Origin: Planctomycetota bacterium
GTDB lineage: Bacteria > Planctomycetota > Phycisphaerae > Phycisphaerales > Phycisphaeraceae
Assembly (NCBI GenBank): GCA_039188575.1
Contig: JBCCYY010000010.1
Location: 4,836 to 68,835 of the forward strand
DNA length: 64,000 bases
Direction: 5' to 3'
In this document: positions 17,148 through 25,456 of the stretch, in pieces
Layout of the letters: every line of letters begins with the position of its first letter
Numbering within the stretch: position 1 is the first letter of the stretch
Made by a program: the position numbers and the translations under genes
The notes under the pieces: model-generated
Database searches by the model: none
Seen by the model: the letters and a program-made list of their open reading frames with translations, nothing else
Told to the model about the DNA's origin: nothing

Positions 17148-18517
17148 GCGTATCGCACCCCCCGGTGCTCTTCCTTGAAGAAGGCGACCAGCAGCGTATC
17201 AATCCGCAGCAGGGTCTGCCTCGGGATGATGATCTCGTCGCCCTCGATGACAAACAAGCCCTGATCGACATAGTCCTGCAGTACATCGGCCCACTTCTCG
17301 AACGGGTCGACACCGAACTTCTCGATGAACGGCTGGCGGTTGATCTTGCCGATCTTCAGCTGCAGGACCCACTCCCGTATCATCGCTTCTTCGGCATCGA
17401 TCGGCAATGCGCGGTACATCGGCTGCTCCCCGCCGGCGATGGCGGACATGTACGGCACGATGTCGTGCTGGTTCTGGTAGTGCATGCCGCCGCCTTCTTT
17501 GTCCGCACCCTCGGGCGCGGTCATGTAGCCGAAGGACGAGACGCCCAGCGCGAGCATATCGGCCCCGGACCACAGCGCATCGCGGTAGACAAACTTGATC
17601 TCGGCCTCGTCGCGCACCGCCGTGTAGGCGCTGGTGATGTCGTAGCCGTTGGCTTCGAGCGCGGCGTAGGCCTCGGTGACCCAGCGTCGCTTCGTGCCCC
17701 AGTCGGCGACCGGGGCCTCATCGCTGCCCGACTCTTTCATGTTCTTATAGATGGTGGTGTTGTAAGGCACCTCCATCTGGTAGATCGTGACCGCGTGTGG
17801 CCGCAGGTGCACGAGCGTATCGATGTTGGCCCGCCAGTTTTCATCGGTCTCGCCGAGCATGCCCGAGATCAGATCGATGTTGACCTGCTGGAAGCCGGCG
17901 TCGATCGCCCACTGGTACGCGTTGCCGACCTGCTGGCTGCGGTGGGCGCGGTTGTTGAGCTCTAGGATCTGGTCGTTGAAGTTCTCGATGCCCAATGAGA
18001 TGCGCGTTACGCCTAGTTCTTTGAGGCAGGCAAGCTTTCGGGTGCTCAGCGTGCCGGGCTCGCACTCGAAGGCGACCTCTTCGACTTCGTTCCAGTCGAG
18101 CAGGTCTTTGAGCCCGTTGAACAGGTATGTCAGCTGCTTCTCGGAGAGGTAGCTCGGTGTGCCGCCGCCGAAGTAGACGAACTTGAGCTTCCGGCCGGCG
18201 ATGCGTTCGGTCTGGGCGTACCGCCTTGCCTCTTCGAGCACCGAGTCGAGGTACTCGGTTACCTCGTCGCGCGTCTTATCTGTGTACACGCGGAAGTAGC
18301 AGAAGTGGCAACGCTTCCGGCAAAACGGGATGTGCACATACAGCCCAAGCGGCGTCCCAGGCGGAGCGGGCGTGTCAAAGATTGCCTGACCCGCGTCGCG
18401 GTGGTCCACGGACCACGTCGAGTAAAGCGGGTAATTCGAGACGAAGAAGTTGCCGACGGTGGTCTTCTTATCGTCCGCCTCGAGCACGGTCAGCCGGGTT
18501 GTGTCTTCGGTTGACAT
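17144..18517 (-). CDS. HemN-like radical SAM enzyme (coproporphyrinogen III oxidase family / class C methyltransferase)
   Basis: LYVHIPFCRKRCHFCYF (CxxxCxxC), VYFGGGTPS, RISLG, NIDLISG, LGVSSFG; HemN C-terminal domain. Confidence 0.9.
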   Translation of the reverse strand: MSTEDTTRLTVLEADDKKTTVGNFFVSNYPLYSTWSVDHRDAGQAIFDTPAPPGTPLGLYVHIPFCRKRCHFCYFRVYTDKTRDEVTEYLDSVLEEARRYAQTERIAGRKLKFVYFGGGTPSYLSEKQLTYLFNGLKDLLDWNEVEEVAFECEPGTLSTRKLACLKELGVTRISLGIENFNDQILELNNRAHRSQQVGNAYQWAIDAGFQQVNIDLISGMLGETDENWRANIDTLVHLRPHAVTIYQMEVPYNTTIYKNMKESGSDEAPVADWGTKRRWVTEAYAALEANGYDITSAYTAVRDEAEIKFVYRDALWSGADMLALGVSSFGYMTAPEGADKEGGGMHYQNQHDIVPYMSAIAGGEQPMYRALPIDAEEAMIREWVLQLKIGKINRQPFIEKFGVDPFEKWADVLQDYVDQGLFVIEGDEIIIPRQTLLRIDTLLVAFFKEEHRGVRYA

Positions 18518-18521
18518 GGGC

Positions 18522-19649
18522 TTAGTCCGCGTTGCTCGGTTTGAAGGCGTAGATGCTACCGTCCTCGGAGCCGACGACGATGAGGTCTTTAGTGACAGCG
18601 GGGCTGACGTTCATCGCGCCGCCGAGGTCGCGCTCCCAGACGGTACTACCATCCTTTACTTCAATGATAGAGAGCCGGCCGCCGGCCGAGCCGAAGATTG
18701 CACGCGACTTGGCGATGACCGGGGCACCTTCGACGCCGCCGCGGGTGCGGATGTCCCATAGCTTCTCGCCGGACTTACGATCGACGGCGTAGAGCCGTCG
18801 GCCGCGCGATCCGATGAGCAGCGTGTCGCCTGACAGCGCGGGCGAGCCGATGAACGGGAAATCCCGGTCGCGGAACCGCCAGGCGACTTTCTTCTTGTTG
18901 AGATCGATCGCGAGCACCTCGCCCTGCATGTGCCCGATGTAGGCGTGGCCGTTGCTGAGCGCGGGGGTTCCTGCGACCTCGCCGCCGAGCTCGATCTGCG
19001 CGGTGCCTTCGCCGGTCTGGAGGTCGATGAGGTGCATCATGGTGTCACAGCCCCCGAGGACAATCGTATTATCGTCCAGCACGATGCCGCAGTTGACGTA
19101 ATCGCCTGTCTCGTAGGCCCAGACCTGCTCGCCGGTCTCGGCGTTGATGCAGTAGAGCTGGCCGTCGTGGCTGCCGACGATGACAACTTTTTGTCCTTTG
19201 CGGGCGGTGACCGCTGCCTCGCCGGCGATCCGTCCCTCGGTCTTGAACTGCCATTTGGGCTCGCCTGTCTTGGTATCGACCGCGAGCAGCACGCCGCCGT
19301 CTGTTCCGATGTAGACGACGCCGTCGTCGTAGATCGGCGAGGCATCGATGAGGCTCTCGGTCGCGAGCTTCCATTTCTCTTTGCCGGTCTTCGCGTCGAT
19401 CGCATGCAGGTGCTTATCTTCTGAACCAACGTAGACGACGCCGTCCACGATGATCGGCGAAGACAGCACGGCCCCGTCGGTTTTGTACGTCCACATGGGC
19501 TGGTAGCTGTTCTGCAGCTGTACATCCGCGGTACCCAGCCCCTGCAGACCGCCGCGCGGGTGCGGCCAGTTGGTTGGCTCTGCGTGGGCGACCAAGCCTG
19601 ATGTAGCCAGTACCATCAGGGCGAGTAGGAAAAAGTTGTTTCGCATCAC
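18522..19649 (-). CDS. secreted PQQ-binding-like (BamB-like) beta-propeller protein
   Basis: Signal peptide, W...RG start, eight repeats of the type SSP.I.DG.VY.GS.D..L.A.D..TG..KW. Confidence 0.9.
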   Translation of the reverse strand: MMRNNFFLLALMVLATSGLVAHAEPTNWPHPRGGLQGLGTADVQLQNSYQPMWTYKTDGAVLSSPIIVDGVVYVGSEDKHLHAIDAKTGKEKWKLATESLIDASPIYDDGVVYIGTDGGVLLAVDTKTGEPKWQFKTEGRIAGEAAVTARKGQKVVIVGSHDGQLYCINAETGEQVWAYETGDYVNCGIVLDDNTIVLGGCDTMMHLIDLQTGEGTAQIELGGEVAGTPALSNGHAYIGHMQGEVLAIDLNKKKVAWRFRDRDFPFIGSPALSGDTLLIGSRGRRLYAVDRKSGEKLWDIRTRGGVEGAPVIAKSRAIFGSAGGRLSIIEVKDGSTVWERDLGGAMNVSPAVTKDLIVVGSEDGSIYAFKPSNAD

Positions 19650-20812
19650 ATTTCCCCCCCAAACGCTGCGGCATAAAGCGCTTCAAAGTCTTCGGCTTTG
19701 ATCTCGCGTGGATTGAAGTTGGCCGTCCATTGTCCGGCAGCTTTCTCTGCTAATTCGGGGATTGCTTCGGGACTTGCGATGGGGCCGAGCTTTGTTTCCA
19801 GACCTGCTTTCGTGAGCAAGCGAGTCAGTGTTTCGATCAAAGGATCGACACCCGACACCCCGGCAAGTTCCGCGAGCGTCTCATAGGACGCCTTGGCCTC
19901 TTCATTCTTCGCGTTGAAGCGGATGACGTGTGGCAGCATCAGGCCGACAGCCTGGCCATGGATCGTGCCGAACTTCGCGGTCAGCGGGTTCGCGCAGGAG
20001 TGCGCCGCACCAAGCATGCTGTTCTCGATCGCTAGCCCGGCATAGGCCGCGCCAAGCAGCATGTCGCCGCGGGCCTTGGTATCGCCCGGGTCTTCGAGCA
20101 CCCTGGGCAGTGCGTGAATGGCCAGCGCGAACGACTCCGCCGCGTAACGCATTGAGACATCATTGCGGCGCGTACAGACGTACGACTCAACGGCGTGCGT
20201 GATCGCATCGATACTCGTGCACGCCGCGACGCTGGCGGGCTGGGTCAGGGTCAGTGCGGGGTCAAGCAGCGCGATGATGGGCAGGGCCTTTGGGTCGCCG
20301 CAGGCCATCTTCATGTGCGTGTCTTCATCCGCGATCAGCGCGTAGGACTGCGCTTCGCTGCCCGTGCCGTGCGTGGTGGGCACGGCGATCAGCGGCAGCA
20401 TCTTCTCGACGGGCTTGTCGGCGTGGTGGTAGTCCGCCATCACGCCGCCATTGGTATAGATGAAGTTACAGCCCTTGGCGGTGTCGATCGCCGAGCCACC
20501 GCCCAGGCCAATTAAAAGATCCGGCTCGAATACACTTGCGGCTTCGACCGCCTCGGTCACATCGGCGGTCGAGGGATTCTCGTGGACACGTGTGAATGTC
20601 GCCGCTTCTAGGCCGGCGGCTTTTACGATGTCCAGCCCGTGCTCGGTGTGCCCGGCCTGCGTGACGCCGGGGTCGCTAATGATCATGACGCGCTTGACAC
20701 CAAGCTCGGCACAGAGTGTGCCGAGGTGTTCCAACGCACCGTCCCCGAACACCAAGCGTGTGCCGGGCGTGTGGTCGAGGTCCGCTGGGGCAGGCGTCGT
20801 GATCGTCGTCAT
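19646..20812 (-). CDS. iron-containing alcohol dehydrogenase
   Basis: GLGGGSAIDTAK, AVPTTHGTGSE, DAITHAVESY, GAAHSCANPL, HGQAVG. Start placed at the ATG overlapping the upstream stop (ATGA at 20809-20812). Confidence 0.95.
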   Translation of the reverse strand: MTTITTPAPADLDHTPGTRLVFGDGALEHLGTLCAELGVKRVMIISDPGVTQAGHTEHGLDIVKAAGLEAATFTRVHENPSTADVTEAVEAASVFEPDLLIGLGGGSAIDTAKGCNFIYTNGGVMADYHHADKPVEKMLPLIAVPTTHGTGSEAQSYALIADEDTHMKMACGDPKALPIIALLDPALTLTQPASVAACTSIDAITHAVESYVCTRRNDVSMRYAAESFALAIHALPRVLEDPGDTKARGDMLLGAAYAGLAIENSMLGAAHSCANPLTAKFGTIHGQAVGLMLPHVIRFNAKNEEAKASYETLAELAGVSGVDPLIETLTRLLTKAGLETKLGPIASPEAIPELAEKAAGQWTANFNPREIKAEDFEALYAAAFGGEM

Positions 20813-22257
20813 GCACCCGCCCCGGCCAACGCGTGATGGATCGCGCGGCGCTGATAGAGAAACTCGAACAAGTTGCCCTCGTGCGGCTGGTCCCACTGCG
20901 CACTGCTCGTCGGCGCTGGGCCGAGGTTCAGCCGCTGGATATCACGGCAACGCAGGAGCTCGTTCGTGAACCGATCGTCGTGCGTGATCGCACTGACGAC
21001 CAGCGTCCCGCCGATCTTGCTCAGCACCTCGCTCTGTGGCACCTCGACGACCGATGCGAACGGGAACATAAACTCAGTGTTACAGAGCACGTGCTCCCAC
21101 GAGTCACAGTGGATCAGCGTGGGCAGCACGTAGGTCCGACCCTCAAAAGTGGAAAGCCGAGACGACCCACCACGGACCGCCTCGGTCAGGTCCGCGGCCC
21201 CCGGCGACTGCAAACCATTGGTAATCTGTGCGTCCGCCCACTCGGCGACCTTCGGGTTCGCAATTGCGGACAGCTTCGCGCTAGCGTCATCGTTGGGCAG
21301 CGGCGTGATTTGCGCGAGCTTCTCGGCGATGGCCTGGGCCAACTCCTTGCCGTGGCTGGGCACGATGATGGTCGAAGCATTGATGCAGGACCGGCCGGAG
21401 TTCGCCGCAATCGACTGCACGATGACATCGACGTACTTGGGCCAGTTCGCGATCTCGTCTTCGCCGATGATGACCTTGGACCAGCCCGGGCCGTGTACCT
21501 CGACGCGTTCATCGCCGCCATAGCGCTTCATAGTCGCTTCGCCTCCGAAGATGATCGAGCGGTCGCAGAGGTCCATAACGGCGGCCGAGCCCTCGTGGTC
21601 GGTCGGGTAGAACCCAAAGGCCTCTTCGGGCACGCCCGCGGCGATCATCGCCTGCACGACGCGGTAGGGCGTCCACGGCTCATCGCTACCCGGCTTGAGG
21701 ATCACCGGCGTCTTGAACGCGATCGACGGCAGCCAGAGCGCGTTCACGCCCGGCGAGTTGCTCGGCATCACCATGCCCAGTGCCTGCGTTGTGGGGTAGA
21801 AGCTCACTGCTGTGTTGCCGACTTCGCCGAAGCCGGCGTCGATCACCGACGGGTCGATCCCGCGCGTGAGGCCTCGGACGATGTCTTCGAGGTGCGTCAG
21901 CGCTTCATGCACCTTTGCCATGTTCGCACGGACCAGCGTGTGCGGCAGGCCGCTCGTGCGTGACAGCTGCTGGACGTAATCGCCCGGCGACTGGACCGCG
22001 TCACCCAGCGGCAGATCGGCGTTCATGAACAGATCGCCCGCCTTGGCGGACATCTCGATCAGCTCCTCGCAGGGGATCGCATCGAGCGCGGCCTTGGCCT
22101 GGGCGAACTTGTGGCTGTCGCGCTTGAGCAGGCCCGCGTTGCCGACGGACATCTCGGCGACGGTCTCGCCTGTTCCGAGGTCCTTGATCGGGCGGGTGTT
22201 GACGCTGCGGTAGGTGGTTCCGAGGCGGAGGATCGGGATATGGGGGAGGCTGGTCAT
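20809..22257 (-). CDS. aldehyde dehydrogenase / acyl-reductase family protein (GriD/EhpG/LuxC-like)
   Basis: VMPSNSPGV..LW, VILKPGSDEPWT, IFGG, HGPGWSK, SGRSCINAS (catalytic Cys region), EFMFPF. Directly downstream of the EhpF/GriC-like gene. Confidence 0.8.
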   Translation of the reverse strand: MTSLPHIPILRLGTTYRSVNTRPIKDLGTGETVAEMSVGNAGLLKRDSHKFAQAKAALDAIPCEELIEMSAKAGDLFMNADLPLGDAVQSPGDYVQQLSRTSGLPHTLVRANMAKVHEALTHLEDIVRGLTRGIDPSVIDAGFGEVGNTAVSFYPTTQALGMVMPSNSPGVNALWLPSIAFKTPVILKPGSDEPWTPYRVVQAMIAAGVPEEAFGFYPTDHEGSAAVMDLCDRSIIFGGEATMKRYGGDERVEVHGPGWSKVIIGEDEIANWPKYVDVIVQSIAANSGRSCINASTIIVPSHGKELAQAIAEKLAQITPLPNDDASAKLSAIANPKVAEWADAQITNGLQSPGAADLTEAVRGGSSRLSTFEGRTYVLPTLIHCDSWEHVLCNTEFMFPFASVVEVPQSEVLSKIGGTLVVSAITHDDRFTNELLRCRDIQRLNLGPAPTSSAQWDQPHEGNLFEFLYQRRAIHHALAGAGA

Positions 22258-22356
22258 GTCTGGATACAACTAATGGGTGTACGTATTATTGCAGGTATTA
22301 CACAACAGCCTGCATTTTGCACTGGGTGTGCATGAACAAGACGATAAAAAACGCGT

Positions 22357-23481
22357 TTAGTAAACGCCTTCAACGATTTTTTGCGTGCTGGCGCCGAACG
22401 GGCGGACCTCAGATACGCCGTCCCAGGGGTATTTCTCGGCCCAGGGTTCAACACGCCGGGCCTCGTCGCGCTCGAGGAAGCGGGGCATGAACAGCTCCTT
22501 GGTCAGCGTGGTCAGCTCGACCCGGCCGAACTCGCCGTAGGGCACGGTCAAAGCGGTGTTGTCCGGGTCGACGACACGGAGCACGGCCCTGGGCTGGGGG
22601 CAGTAATAGGTCGTCTGCCAGTGGTTCTCTTTGATGTTTGGGCGGTGGGGCGCGACGCCCATGAGCGTGTTGCCGTAGGTCGGGTAGAAGCCGACGCCCG
22701 CGGTGCCGGCACAGTCGCCATCGGGTTGCTCGCAGACCTCTTCGATGAGGAAGCGGGTGTACTGCGGGTCCATCGTGGTGCCACCGACGAACGCGCCCTT
22801 GATACCGAGCTTGACAAGCGACATCCGCTCGCTGAGCGCTTCGAGCAGCTTGGGCGTGGTGAAGAGCGCAGTCACCTCGCGGTGACGGAGGATGGTCATC
22901 GCCTGATCGATGGCGTGGCCCATGTACGCCTTAGCCTGATTGGGCTGCCCTTCGCGGATGACGCGCTTGACCCAGCGCGGGTCGAGGTCCACAAAGTAGA
23001 CCGACGAGTCGCGGCAGTGCGCGAGGTGCTCGATCGCCAGGCGGAGCCGCCGCGGGCCGGTCGGGCCGATCATCAGCCAGTTGCCACCGCGTGGGAAGTG
23101 ATCGTCGCGTAGGGTCTTGGAGAACTGGGTGTAGTCGTGCTGGAAGTCGCCCCAGTTGAGCCGCTGCTTGGGCATGCCGGTGGTGCCGCCGGTCTCAAAG
23201 ACGTTGTAGGGCTTGCCGGCAAACGCACGGGGGATCATCTGATCGTGCGGGATGTAGCGGAGCACCGTGTCCGCATCGAAGTGGTCAAACGCGGCGATCA
23301 AATCATCGAAGGTCTGGATCGACGCAGGGTCGATCCCGTGCTCCTTGGCGTAGCTGATCCAGTAGGGCGTGCCGGTATCTTCGCTGAAGTGCCAAGCGAT
23401 GGTCTCTCGCATGTGTGCATCAAGCGATTCCCTCGCCGCGGCGGCCGGGTCGGTGGTGGTAGGGGTGGTCGTGCTAGTCAT
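22357..23481 (-). CDS. EhpF/GriC-like aryl-carboxylate adenylating enzyme (ANL superfamily, lacks C-terminal subdomain)
   Basis: WHFSEDTGTPYW, ETGGTTGMPK, PTGP, DLDPRWVKR, DQ...IL, FTTP, GGT, YG, YGEFGRV, PRFLERD: collinear with the motifs I recall for Pantoea EhpF. The ATG at 23481 overlaps the SSS stop. Confidence 0.8.
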   Translation of the reverse strand: MTSTTTPTTTDPAAAARESLDAHMRETIAWHFSEDTGTPYWISYAKEHGIDPASIQTFDDLIAAFDHFDADTVLRYIPHDQMIPRAFAGKPYNVFETGGTTGMPKQRLNWGDFQHDYTQFSKTLRDDHFPRGGNWLMIGPTGPRRLRLAIEHLAHCRDSSVYFVDLDPRWVKRVIREGQPNQAKAYMGHAIDQAMTILRHREVTALFTTPKLLEALSERMSLVKLGIKGAFVGGTTMDPQYTRFLIEEVCEQPDGDCAGTAGVGFYPTYGNTLMGVAPHRPNIKENHWQTTYYCPQPRAVLRVVDPDNTALTVPYGEFGRVELTTLTKELFMPRFLERDEARRVEPWAEKYPWDGVSEVRPFGASTQKIVEGVY

Positions 23482-25117
23482 GTTTCTTCGGGAAGAACCG
23501 CTCGATGGTGGATTGTTCCGGGGCCTTCGTGGCAAGGGATACTAGGACCAGCGAGCCGACCGAGGCGGCAAAGATAAAGATCGCCGGCATCATGCCCACG
23601 ACGAGGTATTTGGCCTTGGTCTGTTCGCCGAACACCTTTGGGCCGGTGTTGATGATGTCGTCCCAGAAGAACAGTGACCAGGTGCCGACGGTCGCGATCA
23701 CGCAGGCGATCGCACCTGCCTTGGTCGTCCGTTTCCAGTACAGCGCCGCAAACACCAGCGGGAACAGGCAGCCAAAGCCTGTGAAGCACCACACACCCAG
23801 GTCGAAGACGTTCGTATCCAGCAGCAGCAGCGACAATACGTACGACACGGCGACGATGACGAGGACGAATCCTCGGGCCAGCCAGATCATCTGCTTGTCG
23901 CTGAAACGGTCTTTACCTGCCACCCGTGCGACGATATCGTTGGTAAACATCGTGCCCAGGCAGACGAACTGGGAATCGAGCGAGGACATGATCGCAGCGA
24001 GGATGCCGGCGGTGAGCAGGCCGGTCACCAGCGGGTTCTCGACGAGCGTCCGCACGATCGCGCCGAGAGCCGCATTGGCGTTGGGCGTGCCCGCGTCCGT
24101 CAAGGGCAGACGCAGGTCGCCCGCCGCGTACAAACCCGCCGCCCACATGCCCACGATCACGCAGGGCACCCAGACCAGCATCATGAAGAACGGGTGCAGC
24201 ACCACGGTTGCCCTGAAGGTCTTCGCCTTCTTGGCCGTCATCCAGTGCTGAAAAAGGTGGGGGAACATCCCCACCGACAGCGGGATGACGAAGTAGCTGA
24301 AGAAGTAGGTCTTACCCATCAGGGAACGGTCGGCATTCTCCGGTGACTCTCTGAGCACCATCTTCGAGGCTTCGACCGGGCCACCCAATGCGTTGCTGAT
24401 GAGGATAAACGCGGTGACGCCCATGATCATGAAGACGATCGTCTGGAAGGTATTGGCCCATGCTGCCGAGCGCACTCCGCCGAACAAGACGTAGCACAAC
24501 ACAACGAAGCAGACCACCAGGGCCGTTAGCCATGGCGGGATACTGCCGGAAATCCGCGCATGCGTGCCGTCATCGTTGAGTACCGGAAACAGGTCTGGGA
24601 ACATGCCCATTGTGATCGGGACCATTGTCTTGCAGGCCGAAATGATGCCAACGAGCAGATAGGGGATCACGAGCGCGACGAGGATCGGGAAGAGTATCCA
24701 GCCCAGGGCGGGCGACTCGAAGCGGTCGCGGAAGAACTGGACCTGTGTCACGTAGCCGTATCGCTTGCCGATGGCCCAGAGCTTGATGCCGATGACGAAA
24801 AAGATGGCGGAGTGCAGCAGCCCGGAGTAAGACGCCATCAGCCCGTAGACGCCGACGCCGAGTTCGAAAGATTTGCCCGACGAACCGACCAGTGCGAAGC
24901 CGGTCATCGTTGTGCCGAAGACGGACATCAGCAGCAGGAACGGCCCGATGGACCGCGAAGCGACAAAGTAGTCCTTACTCGTACCTCGGAAGAAGGTAGC
25001 GGAGAAGATACCCAGCAGCAGCAGCAGGGCGAGGTAGCCGCAGATCACCCACAGTGGGAGCTTCGAGACATCGGCCACAATCAGATATTGCGGACTGGCA
25101 ACCAGCGACACAGTCAT
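23474..25117 (-). CDS. sodium:solute symporter (SSS; PanF/MctP-like)
   Basis: DYFVASRSIG, TTMTGFALVGSSG, AGILAAIMSSLDSQ, about 13 transmembrane segments. Confidence 0.95.
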   Translation of the reverse strand: MTVSLVASPQYLIVADVSKLPLWVICGYLALLLLLGIFSATFFRGTSKDYFVASRSIGPFLLLMSVFGTTMTGFALVGSSGKSFELGVGVYGLMASYSGLLHSAIFFVIGIKLWAIGKRYGYVTQVQFFRDRFESPALGWILFPILVALVIPYLLVGIISACKTMVPITMGMFPDLFPVLNDDGTHARISGSIPPWLTALVVCFVVLCYVLFGGVRSAAWANTFQTIVFMIMGVTAFILISNALGGPVEASKMVLRESPENADRSLMGKTYFFSYFVIPLSVGMFPHLFQHWMTAKKAKTFRATVVLHPFFMMLVWVPCVIVGMWAAGLYAAGDLRLPLTDAGTPNANAALGAIVRTLVENPLVTGLLTAGILAAIMSSLDSQFVCLGTMFTNDIVARVAGKDRFSDKQMIWLARGFVLVIVAVSYVLSLLLLDTNVFDLGVWCFTGFGCLFPLVFAALYWKRTTKAGAIACVIATVGTWSLFFWDDIINTGPKVFGEQTKAKYLVVGMMPAIFIFAASVGSLVLVSLATKAPEQSTIERFFPKKHD

Positions 25118-25362
25118 TGTGCGTCTCCGTCGGGCTGTTCAGCATCGCCATCGATTTCATCCGCCCACGCCTCGACCTCGCTGGGCCAAGCGAACCTCAC
25201 CGCGAACGCCCAAAGCGTGACCGCGCACATTGAGAAACCCGCGTGGTACGCCAACGAAACAGGGATAAAACCGAACACCAGGTCATTGTTGTCCCAGTTC
25301 CAGAAGTCCTGGTGCAGGATGAACATCAGGCAGAAAATGATGAGTATGATTTTTTTGCCCAT
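25114..25362 (-). CDS. DUF3311-like small membrane partner of the SSS transporter
   Basis: 82 aa, LHQDFWNWD...FGFIPVSLAYH, two transmembrane segments; ATGA-coupled to the SSS gene. Confidence 0.8.
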   Translation of the reverse strand: MGKKIILIIFCLMFILHQDFWNWDNNDLVFGFIPVSLAYHAGFSMCAVTLWAFAVRFAWPSEVEAWADEIDGDAEQPDGDAQ

Positions 25363-25378
25363 GGCGAGTTCTCATACA

Positions 25379-25447
25379 GGAGGGCGGGGCTCTTTGGCGA
25401 GCCGCGAATCAGAGAGGGCCTTCGGCTCGGCAGGAGCCCCGCCCTCC
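25379..25447. repeat. planctomycete-type REP element (RLGRSLALP/GEAPAEP family)
   Basis: 14-bp perfect arms GGAGGGCGGGGCTC / GAGCCCCGCCCTCC with inner GAGCCG/CGGCTC pair; intergenic. The plus strand translates as RLGRSPALP. Confidence 0.75.
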
Positions 25448-25456
25448 CTGATAGCT

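Noticed and set aside
17144-18517. True hemN (heme biosynthesis)
   Set aside because: No heme genes are nearby, and it is coupled to aromatic-tailoring genes. The family includes many non-heme enzymes, so no gene symbol is given.
18522-19649. bamB or a PQQ-dependent alcohol dehydrogenase
   Set aside because: There is no lipobox and no bam context, and the protein lacks the vicinal Cys-Cys and length of MxaF/ExaA-type enzymes. It is called only a PQQ-like propeller.
19646-23481. Phenazine biosynthesis cluster (because of the EhpF-like gene)
   Set aside because: No phzA/B, D, E, F or G homologs are in the window; only the tailoring reductase module is present.
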